Of a stretch of 64,000 nt of DNA, positions 59,601-64,000 are shown piece by piece. The DNA is taken from assembly GCF_000737315.1 (NCBI RefSeq), contig NZ_JMCB01000001.1, forward strand, positions 62,001-126,000, given 5' to 3'. Both the position numbers and the translations under genes were made by a program. Each line of letters opens with the position of its first letter. Position 1 is the stretch's first letter. This DNA is from Hyalangium minutum. GTDB taxonomy: Bacteria; Myxococcota; Myxococcia; Myxococcales; Myxococcaceae. Below the pieces are notes generated by a model that worked only from the letters and a program-made list of their open reading frames with translations, had not been told where the DNA came from and made no database searches.

Positions 59601-61749
59601 CCCCCGTTACACCGGCCTGGGCTTCACCGCCCATGGCACGCGCGAGGGCATGGAGTTGCTCGAGGCGGCGCTGTCCCTCCCCGACACGACGAGCGTCATG
59701 CCCTGCGTGGTGAACCGCGCCACCTTGCGGCTGGATCGGATGCTGTCCACCCAGGGAGCAGAGCCCGCCGCCCCCGCACGGGCTCCCCAGGCGGCCCCCG
59801 CCGCGCCCGCCCAGGCCGACACGCCGACCCCCACCGCAGCGCGTGCTCCGGCGGTGGACCTGTTCGCCGCCACGCGGGAGCTGATCCTGGAGCTGCTGTC
59901 CCGCGAGCTGATGATCGACAAGGCCCGCTTCCAGGGGGACGCGCCCTTTGGAGACTACGGCGTGGACTCCATCGTCATCGCGGATCTGGTGACCAAGATG
60001 GAGCGCTTCACCGGCAAGCCGGTGGACCCCTCGATCATCCTCGAGCACTCCACGCTCGACACGCTCAGCCACTACCTGAGCGAGGCATTCCAGCCGGGCC
60101 TGGAGGCCTTCCTGGCGCGCGGCAGCACCGGCGCTGGCGCCCCTGCGCCGCAGGCCTCACCGCTGCCGGTGGCTCCTTCGGCGCCAGTGCCGCCTCCGGT
60201 GCCGCTCCCAGAGAGCCAGCCCGCCGCGCCCCCCGCGCTGGTGACGACGGCGGGCTCCACGCCTCGCCAGAAGATTGCCGTCATCGGTGCGGCCTGCCGC
60301 GTCCCGGGGGCGGAGAGCCTGGAGGCCTACTGGGAGAACCTGCGCACCGGCCGATTCAGCATCAGCGAGGTGCCGCGCTCGCGCTGGAACAGCGACGAGC
60401 TGTACCGCCCCCACCATGAGAAGGGGAAGAGCATCAGCAAGTGGGGGGGCTTCCTCGACGGCATCGAGCTCTTCGATCCTGGCTACTTCGGCATCCCCGA
60501 GGAGGACGCGGCCCACATGGACCCGCTCATCCGCCTCTTCCTGGAGTGCAGCGAGCAGACGCTGCGCAACGCCGGCTACGCGAAGACGGATCTCTGGAAC
60601 CGGCGGGTGGGCACCTTCGTGGGCTCGGGCACCAGCACCTATGGCACCCGCATCCTCGTGCCCAGCCGCAGCACCGCCACCGGGCTGAACCAGAACTTCA
60701 TTGGCGCGCACGTGGCCCACGTCTTCAACTTCAAGGGCCCCAACATGGTGGTGGACACGGCCTGCTCGTCCTCGCTGACGAGCATCTACCTGGCCTGCCA
60801 GAGCCTCGCCGCGGGTGAGTGCGAGCTCGCTCTTGCCGGTGGCGTGGACGTCCTGCTCGACGAGGTGCCCTACCTGAAGCTGAGCGAGGCCAAGGCGCTC
60901 TCGCCGGACGGCCGCTGCCACACGTTCGACGTGAAGGCCAACGGCTTCGTGCCGGGCGAGGGCGTGGGCGCCATTCTGCTCAAGCCACTGGAACGGGCCC
61001 TCGCGGATGGAGACCGCATCCTCTCCGTCATCGAGGCGTGCGCCATGAACAACGACGGCCACACCATGGGCCTCACCACCCCCAACATGCAGGCGCAGCA
61101 GGAGGTGGTGCAGCAGGCCCTGGAGAAGGCGGGCGTCAGCGCCCGCACCGTCACCTACGTGGAGACGCACGGCACGGGGACGATGATCGGCGATCCCATC
61201 GAGCTCAAGGGCCTGATGAACGTGTTCCGGCGTGACACCGCCGACAACCAGTTCTGCGCGGTGGGCAGCGTGAAGACGAACATCGGCCACCTGATGCTCG
61301 CCGCCGGGATCGCGGGCTTCATCAAGCTGACGCTCTCGCTCCAGCACCGGCTCATCCCGCCCACGCTGCACTGCGACGAGCCCAACCCGCGCTTCGCCTT
61401 CCAGACCTCCCCCTTCATGCCCGCCCTCACGGCCCGTGAGTGGGTGCCGTATCAGGGGGTGCGCCGCGCGGGCATCAGCGCGTTCGGCTTCGGGGGCACC
61501 AACTGCCACATCCTCGTCCGGGACTTCGATCCGGCCGACCATGCGGGCTACCAGGTCCGGCGCGTGGCGCTGCCGCCCGCGGAGTTCCGCAAGAAGCGGT
61601 ACTGGTTCGAGAAGCCCTCGTCGACGCCCGTCGCCCCAGGCCACCCTGCCCCTCTGCCCGTCCGCGAGCCCACCGCCCCCAACACCCTGCGCCCCAACCC
61701 GCTCAACGGGGCCCGCAAGCTCCTCGTCCTGGAGGACTCCGGCCCATGA
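47692..61749 (+). CDS. trans-AT PKS1: MaoC-DH*-SDR/KR*-FkbH-ACP | KS-DH-KR-ACP | KS-KR-ACP-KS
   Basis: MaoC 'DTNPLH...IVHG'; SDR 'GGSRGLG' and 'YVSAK'; FkbH 'DCDNT' (49975); KS Cys at 52159, 56824 and 60763; DH 'HVVAARKTLP' and 'HPSLLD'; KR 'GGMGGLG' and 'GGTGGLG'; ACP Ser in GLTS, GFDS and GVDS; no AT domain. Start taken at ATG 47692. Confidence 0.95.
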   Translation: MSPASTLNEVRFTRGELEQFCQASLDTNPLHLSDDYARKSPYGARIVHGILGALTLLGRLRERPQQRLARLELRFLNPLFLDQPYRLSIQEPTPDKTLATLFDGGRELLQLVAHFHTGPLARPPAADTPARAPREQPAELGLEDLRAGQLLEEDYSPRWSVLTDLIHQLGVTGKGVDVQQAAVLAWSSYLIGMEVPGRQALYSRLDADFDAVAGEASSLHCRTEVQSVEKQFGLVRLRARVGAGTPIASLELRAFVRPELPPSSVELLTRLQPESRVLAGKVALVIGGSRGLGAALVQALALQGCTVYLNYLKSEREAAAVRDALGARASAVHLLQGDGSDLEWCQRAQAEILGRHGRLDLLLCNACLPLQPLRVEPDPTSRLTEYVRKSLALVHAPLSCFLEELARQKGQAVVLSSSAVREPLAGWPHYVSAKCAIEGLARTAALEYPQVSVIVARPPRLLTELTNTPLGNDSALRPEAVATSLVRSLLTAPSTGQVVMLEDFTDTASVRPPTEAPPPAQEQAAPQEKAASQEKAVPQEQKTAPRRKLAIAATFTAEPLQESLEFWGEELKLGLEVEFAPYNQIFQELLAPSSLLSGNAEGLNVLLLRPEDWVHYEHADGRDDHGPAHPAERDFATFSQKVERSTGDLIAAVKTHKARSKAPLLVCLCPSTPELLRHKGYALFLRRIEERLERELKAQPGTYVLQAAAFAEQYPVSQYHDEVRDQMGHIPYTPAYFSVLGTLVTRALHSILTPPFKVIVLDCDNTLWKGVCGEDGPQGVDISPSYRYLQEQMVRQQAQGMILCLCSKNVESDVIEVFKQRPEMALKLEHITTHRINWLPKSQNLRSLAEELNVGLDSFIFLDDNPVEIAEVKAACPQVLALTVPKEAEALPTLVDHIWAFDRLVVTEEDKKRTQMYRQNKERDTYQQSATSFGEFLHGLGLDIRITEMTAAQRPRVSQLTQRTNQFNFTTVRRSEAELQQLVDAGTHQIWTTQVSDRFGDYGLVGVVISRRDADRISVDSFMLSCRVLGRGVEHAMLARLGQLALDSGLEWVEATFTPTAKNPPALRFLEAAGSQFRQEAEGRSIFRFPAQYAATVTFSPDKVDQQDLELAANADKGGKPTAPASMDASRLERLERITRELSEPRRIHERVSAYHAARRAGPLPAPEVRPTEPAMSAAAAPPSNAPSAPSAPGEPDEAALLRATVDFLQGIFGRFLSAARTGVKLDTHFEALGLTSFSIIDITVALEDELGSLPKTLLFEHKTLGSLARYLFTERRADLLRKVKPTAAPAAVPVPVPALMPTASLERPHSQETASGPSSKTDIAIIGISGRYPQARNLHEFWESLRAGRSNITEVPADRWEHSRFYDPSGKKRDKSYTKWGGFVEGVGEFDSLFFNISPKEAEQMDPQQRLFLEVVYEAVEDAGYTRRTLGRNVGVYAGVMANNYLLFSAEAALAGHSPYPYADNYQVANRISYFFDFSGPSLSIDTACSASGVALHTACEALRSGACSVAIAGGVNLILHPYRSVQYSQMTMLSRDERCRAFGSDAQGFVMGEGVGAVLLKPLAQALKDGDHIYGLIKGSAVNHGGRTSGFTVPNPTAQGELVAEALKRGGVDARSISYVEAHGTGTPLGDPIEVRGLTAAFRQDTADTGFCAIGSVKPNIGHLEPAAAIAGLTKVLLQMRHGTLVPSLNSEQLNPYIDFESSPFRVQRERAEWKRPRWKRQGVTVEAPRRAGLSSFGAGGVNAHLVVEEYVHEPTSATQGPQLIVLSAKNAERLRESLERLQRALTHPPQAPAHLRPSLGDIAYTLQVGRESFEERVALIVQDLEELSRKLEKLAVGEKGVEGVFTGNIKNRGAVDTLGEGEEALAFTQALIRNGRLDKLAQLWTQGAELPWEQLHAGQKRRRVPLPTYPFARTRHWLPESGLLSGPRPVEPREARLAPTRPHPMIDRERSSPEGQRFETRWDGSEFYLRDHVVAARKTLPGVAYLELARAAGALARGAGVARLRAMVWSQPILVPGAPVEAQVALHAVKHGTDVTISTGTSDGNRVVHARCRLGDEHLEALSAPPLLDLESLRQRCTHRKSQEQVYADFIAQGFTYGPTFQAVVEHLSSESEALSLLELPATAGEPDHFGLHPSLLDGALQTIIAKVRGNETYLPFALDELTQYGPLPRRCHAYVRFEREDAEQLRCNVRLLDETGRTLVALDGLTLRALKPKSVETAPSGAPLYRPVWERVSAPAFELPSRDTTFLLFDEGEERFQAWTRFLGERGLPAESVHLATPGPRYAALGGQRYQLRPEEPADHLALLQALPGAGPLVVLHAWRPREQEPTSPLQGAGLGSLLATSQALLTLKQRPELRLLALCATDEDSPLSAAVGGFIRSLAQESTRLQPRAIQLADPAIASDVGRLLGELRAGGELEVRLDASGRLVRRFQRATSPVTSRSVLREKGVYLITGGMGGLGLIFARHLVERYRASVVLTGRSALREEQQRTLESLQAQGAQLLYLRADITQAADIDWMMREVRARFGHLHGVLHSAGVIEDAYLSQKSRESFARVLAPKLAGTWLLDLATAREPLDFFVTFSSVASVFGSAGQTDYATANRFLDAQATSRAALVRAGQRSGVTLSLNWPLWQEGGMRVGADVVELTARTTGLRPLATATGLQAFEEALRLGEPQLAVLHGDRARIEQALEPGAGATRALEPTPAGNLPVFVPPAGAAHPARLSHEELLRRLQDFLLRKSSELLKVNVADIDPDDDMSDYGFDSISLTELANALNETFDLALTPVVFFENPAISGLARFLMERHRDAFAAHYDAEAHAAAGLAAAPAPAAAAEPAPLLASAPMPAPRPLQAEPRPSVLTAPSARLSQEARPATAEPIAIIGMAGVFPQSPDLETFWKNLLAGKDLIREVPEERWDWKAWYGDPKREPNKTTCKWGGFIDEVDAFDALFFNISPREAQFMDPQQRIFLETAWRAIEDAGYSPQRLSGSATGVFTGVTLHDYLELIQQSGLDIVAHTSTGNVHSIVPNRLSYLLNLRGPSEPIDTACSSSLVALHRAVRALQAGDCELAIAGGINVLLSPTMFVSFSKAGMLASDGRCKTFDARADGYVRGEGAGVVLLKPLSKAEADGDTIHAIIRGTAVNHGGHAHSLTAPNPNAQAELLVTAHERAGFSPDTVGYIETHGTGTELGDPIEIEGLKKAFSQLAERRGLPGWNGATCGLGAVKTNVGHLECASGMAGLLKTLLAMRHRMLPPNLHFEQLNPYIDLKGSPFYVVDTPRAWEPLKDRHGQPLPLRAGISSFGFGGVNAHVVIEEYVPRPRPPAEAAPQLFILSAREGERLKEYARRLRDSVAARLDRKDEQVSLADMAYTLQVGRDVMDTRLAIIAQSEQELVARLDAFLADKAAPDAVFTGQRPARKQASALVFGDDEDDKAYLRSLLGKGKLAKLASLWVQGQELDWTFLHEGRLRRRVELPTYPFAREKHWLPRVRPVEGTPTLTRAAPVAQAPAPQAPAPQAPAPAEVPTPPPGEKLLLVKRWRPAPAPVTAPTLRGMYLVLLNGEGAIDVLKDLGSQPECQWIAIKGASGLPRLTAREYELDFSDGEQGTRLITELLSRHPQVNGLVDLSDVYAAPRVSPDRDAGKVAVLQGLLRHTGQAPLRILHFTHGLVPFENTVPTLAGATVAGIVRMLGAEYGRVRAVTVDVDLSCDRSEELLALVAAEASADTGMGEVCYRKGTRYLPYLEEVAVSAPGEATRLGPFPVDPARTYVITGGTGGLGFEAARTLVAKGARRLALLGARTLPPRDSWSSLLASSSTEQDVATRVRRVLELEQAGAQVALYHGPLSDEPRLAAFFSDTRKRLGAIAGVIHCAGIVSQRPPSFSQKGLEDMRRVWEPKVRGLIVLSGVLKADTPDFFLLYSSVSAVVPSLAVGMADYASANGFLDAFAAYQAGKSRTRFLALNWPSWKDTGMGEISSPRYTGLGFTAHGTREGMELLEAALSLPDTTSVMPCVVNRATLRLDRMLSTQGAEPAAPARAPQAAPAAPAQADTPTPTAARAPAVDLFAATRELILELLSRELMIDKARFQGDAPFGDYGVDSIVIADLVTKMERFTGKPVDPSIILEHSTLDTLSHYLSEAFQPGLEAFLARGSTGAGAPAPQASPLPVAPSAPVPPPVPLPESQPAAPPALVTTAGSTPRQKIAVIGAACRVPGAESLEAYWENLRTGRFSISEVPRSRWNSDELYRPHHEKGKSISKWGGFLDGIELFDPGYFGIPEEDAAHMDPLIRLFLECSEQTLRNAGYAKTDLWNRRVGTFVGSGTSTYGTRILVPSRSTATGLNQNFIGAHVAHVFNFKGPNMVVDTACSSSLTSIYLACQSLAAGECELALAGGVDVLLDEVPYLKLSEAKALSPDGRCHTFDVKANGFVPGEGVGAILLKPLERALADGDRILSVIEACAMNNDGHTMGLTTPNMQAQQEVVQQALEKAGVSARTVTYVETHGTGTMIGDPIELKGLMNVFRRDTADNQFCAVGSVKTNIGHLMLAAGIAGFIKLTLSLQHRLIPPTLHCDEPNPRFAFQTSPFMPALTAREWVPYQGVRRAGISAFGFGGTNCHILVRDFDPADHAGYQVRRVALPPAEFRKKRYWFEKPSSTPVAPGHPAPLPVREPTAPNTLRPNPLNGARKLLVLEDSGP

Positions 61750-64000
61750 GCCCCACGATCGTGAACCCGCCCGTGATGGCCCTCTCGTCCAAGCGTCTCA
61801 AGACGACCGTCCTCTTCGAGGACTACATGGTGCGCGATCACCTCGTGCACGGGGTGCGCATCCTCCCCGGCGTCTTCTTCCTGGATCTCACCTACCGGAT
61901 GGCCCGCCAGCAGGGGCTGGAGCCAGGCCAGGTGGAGCTGCGCCGGTGCCTCTTCATCGAGCCCATCGCCGTCACCGAGAGCTACGACAAGCAGGTGCGG
62001 CTCTCCGTCGAGCCGCAGGGGGATCACGCCGCCATCTCGGTGGAGAGCCGCAAGGTGAAGGACGGCGTCGCCCTCGAGGAGCAGTGGACCGCCAACTTCA
62101 CCTGTGAGCTTCACCAGGTCCCACGGGAGCCGAGGGCCCCGCTGGACATCGCTCGCCTCCGGGCCACCGCCACGCGCCGGGCGGACGCGGACGAGCTGTA
62201 TGCCTTCGCCCGCTCGGTGGACATCGACCACCAGGAGTTCATGAAGGCCCTGGGCACGCTGCACTACGGCCAAGGCTGGCTGCTGGCCGAGGTGACGCTG
62301 AGCGAGCTCGCGCAAGGCTACCTGGAGCACTTCCACGTCCACCCAGCCTACCTGGACTTCTCCACGCTGATGCCGTTCTGCCTCTTCGAGAAGGACGCGG
62401 CGGAGCGGCAGCCCTTCATCCCCATCTTCATCGACGCGTTCCGCGCCCATGGCCCGCTGAGCCGCACCTGCGTTGCCTACGTGGAGCAGACCGGTCAGCA
62501 GAGCCTCTCCGGCGACACCGTCCACAGCGACATCCGGCTGTTCAGCCCCGAGGGGGAGCTGCTCGTCCACTTCCGGAACTTCCGCGCGAAGAAGATCCGC
62601 ACCCGGAACCTCATCACCCAGCACCAGGCCCCGAGCCAAGCGCCCGAGCCCGCCCGTCCAGCGCTCACGCCGGTCGCTCCGCCTGCAGCCCCGCGCCCCA
62701 GCGCTTCCGCGTCCCCACTGGAGCGGGTCCAGGCAGAGCTGCGCTCGCTGGTGAGCCGCGCCCTGAAGCGTCTCCCCGAGGACGTGGACGTGAACGCGGG
62801 CTTCTACGAGCAGGGGCTCGCCTCGGTGGATCTGCTGCAGATCGTCCGTGCCCTGGAGGCCCGGCTTGGGCGCGAGCTGTATCCCACGCTCCTCTTCGAG
62901 TACACCACCGTCTCGGCCCTTGCGGGCTACCTCGTGGAGCAGTTCGGGGATCTGCTCGCCAGGCCCTCCGAGTCCGCTCCCGCCGAGCCCCCGCCCCCGC
63001 CCCCGCAGGCCGCCGCTGCAGCGGCTCCCGCGGCAACGTCCCCCGCCGTGGAGTCCTCGAAGCCGGCGCCGCGCGCGCCCGCCGCGCGAGAGGAGGCGGA
63101 TGAGGATGAGATCGCCATCGTGGGCGTCGCGGGACGCTACCCGCAGGCACGCGACCTGGACGAGTTCTGGGCCAACCTGAAGGCAGGCCGGGACTGCATC
63201 ACCGAGATCCCCCGCTCCCGGTGGGAGGTGGAGCGCTACTTCGATTCCGAGCGTGGCAAGCCGGGCCGCACCTACAGCCGGTGGGGTGGCTTCATCGACG
63301 GCGTGGACGAGTTCGATCCGCTCTTCTTCAACATCTCGCCGCGCGAGGCCGAGATGATGGATCCCCAGGAGCGCGTCTTCCTGGAGACAGCCTGGGCCGC
63401 GCTGGAAGATGCGGGCTACACGCGCGAGCGGCTGGGCACGGGCAAGGGCAATGACATCGGCGTCTTCGCCGGGGTGATGTGGAGCGACTACCAGCTCTTC
63501 GGCCTGGAGGAGATCCTCAAGGGCAACCCGGTGGTCGCCGGCTCGTGGTTCTCCTCGGTGGCCAACCGGATCTCCTATTTCCTGAACCTGCAGGGCCCGA
63601 GCGTCCCAGTGGACACGGCATGCTCCTCGTCGCTCTACGCCATCCACCTGGCGTGCGAGAGCATCAAGCGCGGCGAGTGCAGCGCGGCGCTCGTGGGTGG
63701 CGTCAACGCCTCCCTGCACTTCTCGAAGTACCTCAAGCTGAGCGAGCTGCAGATGCTGTCGACGGACGGGCGCTGCCGGACGTTCGGCAAGGGTGGCAAT
63801 GGCTACGTCCCCGGCGAGGGGGTGGGTGCCGTGCTCCTCAAGCCGCTGAAGCGAGCGATCGCCGACAGAGACACCATCCACGCCGTCATCAAGTCCACGG
63901 CGGTCAACCACGGAGGCCGCACCAGTGGCTTCTCCGTGCCAAGCCCGGACGCACAGGCGCGGCTCATCCGGGATGCGCTGGAGAAGGCCCGCATCCCCGC
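61746..64000 (+). CDS. trans-AT PKS2 (partial, runs off the window): DH-ACP-KS...
   Basis: Translated by hand from ATG 61746 (ATGA overlap with PKS1): 'DHLVHGVRILPG', 'HPAYLDFS', ACP 'EQGLASVDLL', KS 'EIAIVGVAGRYP...VDTACSSS' (Cys 63621). Not in the ORF track because no stop falls in the window. Confidence 0.93.
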   Translation, partial: MSPTIVNPPVMALSSKRLKTTVLFEDYMVRDHLVHGVRILPGVFFLDLTYRMARQQGLEPGQVELRRCLFIEPIAVTESYDKQVRLSVEPQGDHAAISVESRKVKDGVALEEQWTANFTCELHQVPREPRAPLDIARLRATATRRADADELYAFARSVDIDHQEFMKALGTLHYGQGWLLAEVTLSELAQGYLEHFHVHPAYLDFSTLMPFCLFEKDAAERQPFIPIFIDAFRAHGPLSRTCVAYVEQTGQQSLSGDTVHSDIRLFSPEGELLVHFRNFRAKKIRTRNLITQHQAPSQAPEPARPALTPVAPPAAPRPSASASPLERVQAELRSLVSRALKRLPEDVDVNAGFYEQGLASVDLLQIVRALEARLGRELYPTLLFEYTTVSALAGYLVEQFGDLLARPSESAPAEPPPPPPQAAAAAAPAATSPAVESSKPAPRAPAAREEADEDEIAIVGVAGRYPQARDLDEFWANLKAGRDCITEIPRSRWEVERYFDSERGKPGRTYSRWGGFIDGVDEFDPLFFNISPREAEMMDPQERVFLETAWAALEDAGYTRERLGTGKGNDIGVFAGVMWSDYQLFGLEEILKGNPVVAGSWFSSVANRISYFLNLQGPSVPVDTACSSSLYAIHLACESIKRGECSAALVGGVNASLHFSKYLKLSELQMLSTDGRCRTFGKGGNGYVPGEGVGAVLLKPLKRAIADRDTIHAVIKSTAVNHGGRTSGFSVPSPDAQARLIRDALEKARIP

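Noticed and set aside
1-64000. CRISPR arrays, rRNA/tRNA genes, transposases/integrases, frameshifted pseudogenes
   Set aside because: None recognised; coding density is high and all identified genes read through intact

Overview
GC-rich myxobacterial DNA (Archangiaceae/Myxococcaceae-like; inferred from DUF2378, ELWxxDGT and LVIVD proteins and the codon style). I recognised no rRNA, tRNA, CRISPR array or mobile element. 1-46.5 kb holds envelope, secreted and housekeeping genes. In order: an ABC permease pair + LolA-like + outer-membrane protein operon, a flavin amine oxidase, a 929-aa toxin-like protein, beta-propeller lipoproteins, a zincin/PD40/Omp85 fusion, ogt-alkA, Rieske-MAPEG, a secreted VIT-vWA-propeller + vWA pair, an orphan histidine kinase, alpha-2-macroglobulin-pbpC, an RNA methyltransferase, TetR-MBL with a clear palindromic operator, a pseudouridine synthase, a V4R-like protein and sthA. 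From 46.6 kb to the window end is the start of a trans-AT polyketide cluster. It has a sigma70-like promoter, a stand-alone AT and an internal intrinsic terminator. PKS1 reads DH*-KR*-FkbH-ACP | KS-DH-KR-ACP | KS-KR-ACP-KS. PKS2 (missing from the ORF track because it runs off the end) reads DH-ACP-KS.... This is a lactate-type starter followed by a split cis-dehydrating bimodule, which fits a tartrolon/hyaboron-like macrodiolide (inference). It is the strongest candidate for the notable system here.
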